Source of the DNA: Alphaproteobacteria bacterium
Lineage (GTDB): Bacteria > Pseudomonadota > Alphaproteobacteria > MPNO01 > UBA830
Length of the DNA: 64,000 bases
Reading direction: 5' to 3'
Assembly (NCBI GenBank): GCA_965243135.1
Contig: OZ251539.1
Location: forward strand, 2,848,001-2,912,000
The translations under genes were made by a program, and so were the position numbers. Below, piece after piece: positions 53,038 through 62,269 of this stretch (position 1 is the stretch's first letter; every line of letters begins with the position of its first letter). Under the pieces are notes generated by a model that had not been told where the DNA came from, ran no database searches, and saw only the letters and a list, made by a program, of their open reading frames with translations.

Positions 53038-55155
53038 CTACCTGTGCCCCGTTTTGCTGGACTGACAGTATTCATCTTGAAGTTCCTGAAGGAAAGCCAT
53101 AGCGGCGAGTTGAGCGTAGCCGACCGGTTGCGAATCTGGCGGGTTGCGCTTGAAGTGGCCGCCCAGGGCGGCGATCAGGGAGACGGCCTCTCCGAGATTT
53201 TTCGGCGCGTGCTTGCGGCGCGGCGAAGATCGCCAGCATCCGGAGTTCGACGTCCGAGAACGGGATCTCGGGCGGCAGGTCGGACAATTCCCGTCCGGGG
53301 CGGGCCCGAATCCGCCAGGCGACGACCATTGCGGCGGCGCGCTGCAGGCGCTCGGCCGTCCGGTTCTCCAGGCAGCCGGACTTCAGGACCCGGAGATAAT
53401 CTTCAATTCCCCAACGCAGGCCGTACCACGGCGTTCGGCGTCGTCGCCATTCTCGACCGGCAGCGTCGTCAACAGGAACCGCCGGTCGGCTTCGGTTGGC
53501 GGGTTTTTCTCGCGGACATGCATGATCGTCACCTCGACGGGCGCCTTGCCCTTCGCCGGCAACTCGACCTTGAGGTAACGCAGCGCGACCGCGGCCTGAC
53601 GGGGCTCTCGCACGGCCTTCGCGGCCTGCTTGCTGGCGCGCGCGCTCAAACGCTTGAGGACGCGCTTGCCCCGCGCCGGGCTCTTCCGCACCTTGTCGAA
53701 CAGCTTGTCGGCATCGTCCTTGCCGAGAACCCGGTTCGTCTTCGCCCACACCAGGAGTTCCACTCCCGGCGTCCGCTCGCGGCACTCGACGAACGGCGAA
53801 GTCCGCCTCCCGGGACGCCGACCGCCTGCACGCCGTCGAGCGCCGCGGCAGCCTCGGCGCTGCGGCAGCCTCGGCGCTGCGGCAGCCTCGGCGCTGCGGC
53901 CCTCGGCCCTTCTTCTTCTCGCGAGGCTTGTCCTTCTCCGCGCCCGGCTGCGGCGCGTCGAACGCCGCCCGCAGAACCCCAAGCGGCAGCCCTTCCGCGT
54001 TCACCGCGGCGTGCAGGTTCAGACCGCGGGCCCCGGCGCCGGTCTGGTCCCCAACCCTTCCCCCACTTCGCGAAGTTCAGCGCGCTGCTGTCCTGCACGC
54101 ACAGCACCGTCCTTTCCCCCTGCCCGCAGCGTCTGGCGCCGGTGCAGGATGTCCTCCACCGTCACCGCTTCGCTGTCCGGCGTGCAGACGGTAGTAAGCC
54201 CTGGCTCGGTTCCCCCTCGCGGCGCCCGTGAATGCCGACGCCTCCGCCTGGCGCCAGGTCACCAGGCGCGCATCCCGGCGCACCGCCGAACTCCTGCTCC
54301 GCCCAGTTCTCCCGACCGGCGCCAACCTCCAACGGCACAAGTGGCGCGCGAGGCTCGCGCGCCCGCCAGTCCGCGTTCGTGACAGCCTTCGGCGTTGCCG
54401 CGTGGCCCTGTCGCCCCCGGCCGGCGGTCTCGCCACGCCGCCGCCCGAAAACTCGTTCCCGCATGCTGGTCTTTGTCTCCGGACGGGCGGTAGCGTTCCT
54501 CGAAATCGCCCCCCACCCTGCGGACCACGCCGCCCAGCACATGCGAGGTGCGGCACTCGACGCCGGGCCGGAAAGCGGCGCAAGCCGGCCGCCCGGTGCA
54601 AATGGGCGCGCCTTCCCGCGTCGTCCCAGCCGAAGGTCGCGGCACTCGAGCCTGTGCGCAGAGGCTGCGAACCCGACGGCCCCCAGCCAGCCATGCGCCG
54701 ACCCTGCCAGGTGCCGCAATTGACAACCGACCAACGGACCGGCGCCGCGCTCCTCCTCCGGCATCGTGTTCCATGCGCCGCTCGTCACCGGCGCCAGCTC
54801 CGGACCCTCGACCGCACCGACTTCCTCCGGTACGCTCTTCGGCGGAGGAACCGGTTCCGCAAGACGCCGCGGGCGCCGTGCGCCGCCGCCCGTCGGCAAC
54901 GGCAGCGAAATCCGCCCCGCCGCCTCGAACTCCGCCAACGCCTTCAGGCAGCCCGCTCGCTGCAGGCGGCCAAGCCCGTCCCGAAACCCGAACGCTACGC
55001 GACCTCGCTGCGACGAGCGAAGACCTCGTTCGCCAGCAAGCCTTGCAAGCGCGTAAAATCGCCCTGAAGGCTTTGCCGAATCTGATTCTGAACCTCCATG
55101 CCGGGCACCGTAGCGAATCGGCTGGCCAGAGTTCAGCAAAACGGGGCAACGGCAG
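53038..55155 (-). mobile_element. IS4-family element encoding an eroded DUF4338-transposase fusion
   Basis: 26-bp imperfect TIRs (CTACCTGTGCCCCGTTTTGCTGGACT / AGTTCAGCAAAACGGGGCAACGGCAG); GAGPLVGCQLR, WAEQEFGGA, LCVQDSSALNF, READF, YGLRWGIEDY.RVLKSGC; 17-bp triplication at 53845-53895. Confidence 0.85.
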
Positions 55156-55239
55156 GGCAAGCCGAAGGTCAAGGCCGACGACGACGGCAAGCCGCGGGCG
55201 ACGTCTCCGGAACCTCGCAGCGCGGCTCCCGGGAGCCAC

Positions 55240-55950
55240 AACTTCTCCCGGTCCAGGCCCTCGAGTTCCGGGGCGAAGACCGCGTCCAGCTCCGCGTCAG
55301 TGTAGCCGCAGATGGACGAGAACTCCGGCTCCAGCGTGACGCAGGTTGTTCAGGCCCGAGAACAGGCCCGCATGCGAGAACTTGCTCACGCCGGTAAGGA
55401 AGGCGAACATGCGCGTCGCAGTCCTTGACGACGCTGTAGAAGCCGCGCAGGAAGTCGCGGTTGGCCAGCGCCCGTTCCCGGTCGCCGAGCGCGGACCGGC
55501 TTGTCGTACTCGTCCACCAGCACGACCGCACGCCGCCCGGCGCACTCGTGCAGTTCGGAGATGGTGAAGGCGGTCGGAGGCGTCCGGGTAGCCGCATCGG
55601 ACGCCGGCGCGCTTTTCGGCGGCGTCGAGCTGCATCATCGCGTTCCTGTGCAGCCGGTCGGGATCGTCGAGCTTGCCGGAACCGAAGCTGATCCGCACGA
55701 CGGTGCGCCGACCAGTCCCACCCGCCGTGCACGGCGAGGCCCCGGAACAGCCCCTCGCTCCCCTCGAACAGCTCCTGCAGCGTGTCCACCAGCAGGCTCT
55801 TGCCGAACCGGCGCAGACGCGACAGGAAATAGTACTTACCCCCCTTCGACGAGGCGGCGCGCATGGTCCGTCTTGTCGACGCAGTCCATCCCCCGGATCT
55901 CCCGGAGGGAGGAAAAGCCGAGCATGCGTTTCGCCGCGAGAGTAGGCCGC
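55240..55950 (-). pseudogene. Copy A9, eroded 5' half
   Basis: Carries the A1-type block DPDRLHRNAMMQLDAAEKRAGVRCGYPDASDR with the A7/A8-type N-terminus. Confidence 0.88.
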
Positions 55951-56079
55951 CCCGCCCGTCAAGGAGGAGGCGGGTCTGCAGGCCGAACGCCGCGCCGGAG
56001 TTCCCACGCCTCCCCTGGCGGCGCGTCCCGTCGTGCCGCCTGCCGAAACGTCCGAACGGGACGTCGGCGGCTCCCGGCT

Positions 56080-57516
56080 TCAGACGGTCTCGAACTCGAA
56101 CCCGACGATGTTGCGCTCCTCCCGGCCGAACTCGATGCCGATCAGGTGGACCGGCACGCCCGGACTCCGGTACTTGTCCGCGTAGCCGCGTTCCCGAATC
56201 TGCGCCAGCGCCCGGCCTTCCGGCTTCCCGTCCGCGACCTTGAACTCGAACAGGTAGACGCTGCCGCCGTACAGGACCGCAAGGTCCGAACGGCCGCGCG
56301 CCGTGCTCTCCTCCGCGCGGACGTCCATCCCCGCCGCCACGAAGTGCGAGTAGAGCACGCTCGCATAGTGCGCCTCGTAGCCCGCCATGCCCGTGTTCGC
56401 GTACCACTCGTTCGGAATGCTCGCCAGGAACGCCCGGAACAGCCGCTCGAGGCCCGCGAAGTCGTTCGCCCGCATCAAGCGGCGCAACTCCCGGCTCCCC
56501 GCCGCGACCGCGACGTCCGGCGCCATTGCCTCCAGCAGAAGCGCGTTCAGGCTGCGCTTCACCTCATGGTTCGGGTAGTCCAGCCGGTAAAGAAGCGCGT
56601 CGTCGTCCAGTTCCTTGTCGGCGATGGTCAGGTAGCCGGTCTGAAACAAAAGCGCCTCGACGGGAATGCGGTCGATGTCGATGGCCGACAGCAGCGCGTC
56701 GTCCGCGATCATGCCCTCCAGGGCCGGCGCCGAGACCCGGCGCCGCGACAGAAGGTCGGCGAGGAAGGTCGGCGTGCCGGTCCGGAACCAGTGCGCCTCG
56801 AACTGGCGGCGCCGGAAAAGCAGCAGGATGTCGTGCGGGTTGTAGACCCTCTCCGATCCGAGCCAGTTGTAGCCGTTGTACCAGCGCCGGACCTTGTCCC
56901 GGTCCAGGCCATCGAGTTCCGGAGCGAAGACCGCGTCCAGCTCCGCATCCGTGTAGCCGCAGATGGCCGAGAACTCCGGCTCCAGCGTGACATCGATCAG
57001 GTTGTTCAGGCCCGAGAACAGGCCCGCCTGCGAGAACTTGCTCACCCCCGTCAGAAAAACGAAACGGAGCTGCCTGTCGCAGGCCTTGATCGCCCCGTAC
57101 AGGCTGCGCAGGAAGTCGCGGTTGGCCAGCGCCAGTTCCCGGTCGCCGAGCGCGTCCAGAATCGGCTTGTCGTATTCGTCGACCAGAACGACCGCCCGCT
57201 GCCCGGTGCGCTCGTGCAGCGCCTCGATCAATTCGTGGAAACGGACCGCCGCCCCGGCGGGGCCCGGTTCGAGGCCGGCGCGCCTCTCCGCCGTCGCCAG
57301 CTGCCTTTCCACGGTTCCCCGAACTCCGTCCGGGCCGTCGAAGCGGCCCACGCCGCTGAAATCCAGCCGCACGACCGGGTGGCGTGCCGACCAATCCCAC
57401 CTGCCGTGCACGGCGAGGCCCCGGAACAGCTCCTCGCTCCCCTCGAACAACTCCTGCAGCGTGTCCACCAGCAGGCTCTTGCCGAACCGGCGCGGACGCG
57501 ACAGGAAATAGTACAT
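56080..57516 (-). CDS. Copy A10, open but lacking the first ~40 residues
   Basis: Homology begins at YYFLSRPRRFGKS; in-frame ATG at 57516; remainder has no frameshift. Confidence 0.82.
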   Translation of the reverse strand: MYYFLSRPRRFGKSLLVDTLQELFEGSEELFRGLAVHGRWDWSARHPVVRLDFSGVGRFDGPDGVRGTVERQLATAERRAGLEPGPAGAAVRFHELIEALHERTGQRAVVLVDEYDKPILDALGDRELALANRDFLRSLYGAIKACDRQLRFVFLTGVSKFSQAGLFSGLNNLIDVTLEPEFSAICGYTDAELDAVFAPELDGLDRDKVRRWYNGYNWLGSERVYNPHDILLLFRRRQFEAHWFRTGTPTFLADLLSRRRVSAPALEGMIADDALLSAIDIDRIPVEALLFQTGYLTIADKELDDDALLYRLDYPNHEVKRSLNALLLEAMAPDVAVAAGSRELRRLMRANDFAGLERLFRAFLASIPNEWYANTGMAGYEAHYASVLYSHFVAAGMDVRAEESTARGRSDLAVLYGGSVYLFEFKVADGKPEGRALAQIRERGYADKYRSPGVPVHLIGIEFGREERNIVGFEFETV

Positions 57517-57580
57517 AAGGCACGGGCAGTCGTAGCGCCGACCAACGTTCACGCCGCCAAAGTGAACGGAGTTCGGCCAG

Positions 57581-59110
57581 GTGTCAAGACCGTTCGCGGC
57601 GATTCTGCCGTTCCTGCCCGTCCTGCTGGCGGCCTGCGGTCAACCGGAGCTTCGAACCGCCGACCGGGCGGCGGCGGAGGCCGGCCGCGCGATCGCGGAA
57701 CGGCTCGAGGCGCCGCCGGACCGCTATTCGTCGATTCGCGTCGCTGACCGTCCCTGGGTCGGCATGACGGCGCTTCCGGAGGACCGGCAGCGCCGCGATC
57801 TCCTCTCCGCCGAGCCGGTTACGCTGCCGCTGCGCGGCGACGAGACGGACGGGGTGCTGGCGCGGCGGCTCGAGGCCGCGCTCGACGGAATGCGGATTTC
57901 GTTCGCGGGTTCCGCGCCCGAAGGAGTTTCCCCGGCGATCGGGGTTTCGCGGGACGCGCTGTCGCCGGCGGGCGATCTGTGGACCGGCCCCCCGGCGGAC
58001 CTGCTCGACGCCTGGACGGCGGCGCGCGGCTACGAATGGCGCTACGATCCCGACGGAATGCGGATCGCCGTCCTGCGCTCGCGAACCGTGGTGTTCCGGA
58101 TCGCCGCCCTTGCCGGCGTACAGACATGGGCGGTGAGTTCGTCGGCCCGGGACCGGGAAGGCCAGGACGGCAGCGCCAATCTCACCAGTCAGCAGGTTTC
58201 GGCGGAGGCCCGGTACGAGCCGTGGCAGGAGATCGCGGCGCAGCTGAAGACGCTGGCCGGCGAGGGGACGCGCATCTCGGTGGCGCCGTCCTCGGCGTCG
58301 GTCACGGTGCGCGGCCTGCCGCGCGAGATCGCGCGCGTGCGGAACTTCCTGGCGCATCTCAACCGGGAAGTCCTGCGCCCGGTGACGATTACGGCGCACG
58401 TCTACACCGTGCGCTACGAGCGGTCGGCCGACTACGAACTCGGCATGCTCGCCGCGCTGCAAAGGATCGGCACTGGCGCCGGCGGCGGCTTCGACGTCGA
58501 GGTCGGCCAGGGCCGGATCGGGATCGTCAAGCCGGGGACCGGCGCCGAGGACACCCTGCAGGCGACTCTGCGGGCGCTGTCGCAGGCGGGCACGGCGTCG
58601 CGGGTGCTGAGCGCCGACGTGCCGAGTCTGAACGGGAGGCCGGCGCAGTTCTTCGAGCTGTTCCGCGAGAGCTACCTGAAGGAGATCCGCACCACGGTTT
58701 CGGACGGCGCGCCCCAGACCCAGCTCATTCCCGGCACGATCTCCTCCGGCTTCTCCCTGTCCTACCTGCCGCGGATCACGGCCTCCGACGAAGTGCTGGT
58801 CCGGCTGTTCGCCTCGCTGCAGGACCGCCCCGCGTTCACGGAGTTCGCGTCGGCGTCGCAGCGCATCCAGCTGCCGGCCTACGCCGCCCGCGCCGTCCAG
58901 GTGACGCAGCGAGTGCGGCACGGCGAGACGCTGGTGATCACCGGGTTTCGCGACCGCGCCGCGTCGTCGGAACGGGCGGGCACGTTCCTGTCCGCGCTGC
59001 CGTTTCCCGAGGGCAAGCGCGAAGCCGGGCAGCGGCGCTTCGAGCAGGTCCTTCTCGTCACGGCGCGGATCGGCGATCCGCTCGGGATTTCCGAGGGAGA
59101 AGAGCTGTGA
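57581..59110 (+). CDS. pilN: Type IVb pilus secretin, PilN-like lipoprotein
   Basis: Lipobox LLAAC; secretin-like C-terminus (SLNGRPA, YL, PGTISSGFSL..LPRI, IQLP, GETLVITGF). Confidence 0.78.
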   Translation: MSRPFAAILPFLPVLLAACGQPELRTADRAAAEAGRAIAERLEAPPDRYSSIRVADRPWVGMTALPEDRQRRDLLSAEPVTLPLRGDETDGVLARRLEAALDGMRISFAGSAPEGVSPAIGVSRDALSPAGDLWTGPPADLLDAWTAARGYEWRYDPDGMRIAVLRSRTVVFRIAALAGVQTWAVSSSARDREGQDGSANLTSQQVSAEARYEPWQEIAAQLKTLAGEGTRISVAPSSASVTVRGLPREIARVRNFLAHLNREVLRPVTITAHVYTVRYERSADYELGMLAALQRIGTGAGGGFDVEVGQGRIGIVKPGTGAEDTLQATLRALSQAGTASRVLSADVPSLNGRPAQFFELFRESYLKEIRTTVSDGAPQTQLIPGTISSGFSLSYLPRITASDEVLVRLFASLQDRPAFTEFASASQRIQLPAYAARAVQVTQRVRHGETLVITGFRDRAASSERAGTFLSALPFPEGKREAGQRRFEQVLLVTARIGDPLGISEGEEL

Positions 59111-60318
59111 GCGTCGTCGTTCTCGCGGGCGAACGCTACGCGGCCGGCCTCGACTGGATGGATCGCCGCGGCGACGCGGAAACCGCGCGCCGCGCCCGCG
59201 AGTACGACCGGCCCTACGTCGTGCACTGGCGCTCGCAGACCGGCTACGGTCCCGGCGAGCCGGAAAGCGCGGAGGGCCTGCCGAGTCTGGCGGCGGCGCT
59301 GTCGGCCCATCTCGACGCGGCGTCCTTCGTGGCGCTGGTCGAGGGCCAGGGCGGCCGCTTCGCGCTGGTGCGCTCCCGCAACGGGCTGATCCTGGCCGAC
59401 GGCGACGAGACGTTCGACGCCCGCGAGGCGGCGATCGCCGCCTTCGAGCGCGCCCGCCAGGCGGGCGGCTGGGGGCTCCACGCCACGCCGGGCCTGGTCG
59501 AGGGAGCGGTCGATCTGGACCGTCCACCGCCTGCGGAGGAACACCGGTTGTCCGCGGCGCCGCGGGTCCGGTCGCCCGCCGCGCCGCTCGCCGCGGGCGG
59601 CCTCCTCGTTCTGCTTCTGGCGGCCGGCGCCGCCTGGCACTGGCAGGAGACCCTGCGGCGCTGGTACGCGGGGCCGCCGCCCGTTCCTCCGAAGCAGGCG
59701 CCGGCGCCGGAGCCGCAAGTCCTCGCCGCGTTCGATCCGGTCGCCCTGATCGAAGGCTGCCGAAGGGAGATCGAACGCCGCCCGCCCTGGCTGCCGGCCT
59801 GGCAGCTGCACAGCCTGACCTGCGAGGCGGCGTTCGCCGACGCCGGGCTGGCGCCGTTGCACCCGGAAATCCGCGGCCGGCCGGCGCTGGCGGCGCGGTG
59901 GACGCTTCCGGGGGATCGCCCGCGGCCGCTGCACCGGCAGATCGCCGAGGCCCGCCTCGCCGACTGGCCCTCGGCGGCGGTGGTCGACGCCACCGCCTGG
60001 GCGCTGGCCTCGCTTTCCCCGGTGCTGCGGATCGCGGCGGAGGAGCCGCCGACCTTCCGCCAGCTGCGGCGCGCCCTCGACCGCAGGCTGGGCACGGCGG
60101 GAGTGGAGCTCCGCTACGCCCCGAAGGAGCGCCGCGTGACGCTGCGCACCGGGCATCCGCTGCCGCGGATCGCCGCGCTCGCCGCCGCCGTTCCGGGCCT
60201 GGAAATCACGAGCCTTTCTCGCGAGGGCGGCGGCTGGCGGCTGGAAGGCCGCCCGCTCCGGCCGGCCTCGCTGCCCGAATCGCGGTTCCGCGAACTGACA
60301 GGGGAGACCCTCCGATGA
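59107..60318 (+). CDS. pilO: Type IVb pilus accessory protein, PilO-like
   Basis: GTG overlaps pilN stop; YAAGLDW, SLAAAL, RNGLILADGD; central TM; position matches R64-type pil order. Confidence 0.68.
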   Translation: MSVVVLAGERYAAGLDWMDRRGDAETARRAREYDRPYVVHWRSQTGYGPGEPESAEGLPSLAAALSAHLDAASFVALVEGQGGRFALVRSRNGLILADGDETFDAREAAIAAFERARQAGGWGLHATPGLVEGAVDLDRPPPAEEHRLSAAPRVRSPAAPLAAGGLLVLLLAAGAAWHWQETLRRWYAGPPPVPPKQAPAPEPQVLAAFDPVALIEGCRREIERRPPWLPAWQLHSLTCEAAFADAGLAPLHPEIRGRPALAARWTLPGDRPRPLHRQIAEARLADWPSAAVVDATAWALASLSPVLRIAAEEPPTFRQLRRALDRRLGTAGVELRYAPKERRVTLRTGHPLPRIAALAAAVPGLEITSLSREGGGWRLEGRPLRPASLPESRFRELTGETLR

Positions 60319-61667
60319 CCTTCCGCGCCGTCCTTCTTTCCGGCGCCGTCCTGGCCGCGGCGGCCTCCGCGGCGGCGGCGCAAACCCCGGATCTGCGGGT
60401 CTTTCGCGAAGAGGCGCTGGCCCATGCGCTGGCGCTGGAGAACGCCTTTCGCCGTCTCGAGGAGCACATTCTCGCCCGGTCCGCCGCCGCGACCGCGTGG
60501 ACCGGCTCGACGCCGCCGGCCTCGACCGGCTGGAGGGACGCGTGGACCGCGCGCGGCCTGCGGGCGCGGTACTGCGGCGACGTGCTGCTGGTCTACTACG
60601 AGCCGGCGCGCCTGAAGGGGGTGGGGACCGACCACGGCGCGGTGCGGGCGGCCCCGTGGACGTACGCTCCGCGGACGCAACGCGCGCCGGCGCTGCACCG
60701 GCTCGACGGCAACGTCGCCCGCGGCGGCGTCGGGCGCGGCGACACGGCCCTCCCCGCCTGCCTTTCGGGCGCGGCTTTCGGCGGCGCGCTGCCCTCGGGG
60801 CGCGCGGCGCGCGCGGGACGGGTGCTCGATCCGTTCGTGCACACCCGCACCCGCGCGGCCTTCGAGACTCGCGTGCAGCCCTGCCCGGCGGGCTTCCATG
60901 CGTCGCACGCCGCAGGGGCGGGACGGACGGTCGGACGATCGCAGATCCGCGAGGTCCGGCAGACCGTGACCCGGCGGGGCGTCGACGTCGGCGGTCCGGT
61001 CCGCGGCGCCTGGCGAACCGTCGCCGACAACTGCCGCGCGGACTACGCGGTCGAGGAGACCGGCACGCAGGCCTGTCCGGCGCCGGCGGGCTGGCAGGGC
61101 GGCGAGGCGGAACTGCCGCAGCGCGTCCGGCGGCGGACCGGGACGGTCACGGCGTCGGGAACGGCATGGGGCGCATGGCGGATCGTGGAGGACAACTGCT
61201 GGGTCGCCACGGCGGCGGCCGATCCGTCCGCGACGGTGACGGTTCGGGCGGGCGCGCGGGAGACGCGGGCGATACCGTGCCCGCCGGGCTGGCCGGGGAC
61301 CCCGGGACTGGAAGCGCGGACGGGGCCGGGCAGCCGGAAGATCGATTATTCGTTCGGCGGAAGTTCGACCGGGACGATCGCAGCCGCCCCGTGGGCGACG
61401 ATCCGCGCCGCGAACTGCTCGCGGCCGCCGCTGCCGCCCGCTTCCTCCGGGCCAGGAAGTTCCGGAAGCGCGTCGTCCGGCGGCGCGGGCGGGCCGGGAG
61501 GTTCCGGAAGCGCGTCGTCCGGCAGCGGCCCGATGGGCGGGCCCGGCGGCGTCGACGCCGGCTACGACTACGACACCGGCGGCAGCAACGCGGACGACGG
61601 GGACGACGGCGGCGACTCGCCGGACGACTCGGGAGACGACGCCGGCATGGGCGGAGAGGACGTTTAG
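60315..61667 (+). CDS. Secreted Cys-containing protein with Gly/Ser/Asp-rich tail, possible adhesin
   Basis: Signal peptide ending AAAQ; three C-P-x-G..W..NC modules; translationally coupled to pilO. Confidence 0.6.
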   Translation: MTFRAVLLSGAVLAAAASAAAAQTPDLRVFREEALAHALALENAFRRLEEHILARSAAATAWTGSTPPASTGWRDAWTARGLRARYCGDVLLVYYEPARLKGVGTDHGAVRAAPWTYAPRTQRAPALHRLDGNVARGGVGRGDTALPACLSGAAFGGALPSGRAARAGRVLDPFVHTRTRAAFETRVQPCPAGFHASHAAGAGRTVGRSQIREVRQTVTRRGVDVGGPVRGAWRTVADNCRADYAVEETGTQACPAPAGWQGGEAELPQRVRRRTGTVTASGTAWGAWRIVEDNCWVATAAADPSATVTVRAGARETRAIPCPPGWPGTPGLEARTGPGSRKIDYSFGGSSTGTIAAAPWATIRAANCSRPPLPPASSGPGSSGSASSGGAGGPGGSGSASSGSGPMGGPGGVDAGYDYDTGGSNADDGDDGGDSPDDSGDDAGMGGEDV

Positions 61668-61687
61668 GAAGCGCGGGAGGAAGGAAC

Positions 61688-62269
61688 ATGACCGGATTGC
61701 CCGGCGTCCGGCCGGCGACGCTTCTCTTTTTTCTCGGGGCGCTTGCGGTTCCGGCCGGCGAGACCCGGGCGGCGGATCCGCCGACGCCCGCGCGGGACGC
61801 GCCCGCAGCCCGGGAGGGGATGGCCGCGCCGGCTTCCGGCGGCGCGCCATGTCCGATGGCGCTTCTGCGCGAGATGCTCGGGTCGGCGGCCGAAGGCGGC
61901 GGGGTGGTTTCGGCGCTGGCGATCGAGCGCGAGGCGCTGATCCTGTGCGCGCGGCGCGAGGAGGCGGCGAAGCGCGTGCTGGAACTGGAGAGCGAACTCC
62001 GCGCCTTCCTGCCGCGACCCGAGGCTCCCGCGCCGGCCGCGCGGCCGGAGCGGCCGGAGCGCTCGGCGCCGAACTACGGCTGGTTCTCGATCCTCGGTTC
62101 CGGCGACCGTCTGCGGGCCGGGGTGACCGACGGACGGCGCAACTGGTTCGTGCGCCCCGGCGACCGGTTGCCGGGCGGCGCGCGCATCGGCGCGGTCCGT
62201 CCGTCCGGAGTGAGCCTGTCGGGGGGCGGCCTCCTGCCGTACCGGGCGCCGCCGGGACGGGCGCCGTGA
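61688..62269 (+). CDS. pilP: PilP-like pilus biogenesis protein
   Basis: GGAGGAAGGA RBS; signal peptide, coiled coil, SILGSGDRLRA..VRPGDRLPGGARI..V.PSGV. Confidence 0.6.
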   Translation: MTGLPGVRPATLLFFLGALAVPAGETRAADPPTPARDAPAAREGMAAPASGGAPCPMALLREMLGSAAEGGGVVSALAIEREALILCARREEAAKRVLELESELRAFLPRPEAPAPAARPERPERSAPNYGWFSILGSGDRLRAGVTDGRRNWFVRPGDRLPGGARIGAVRPSGVSLSGGGLLPYRAPPGRAP

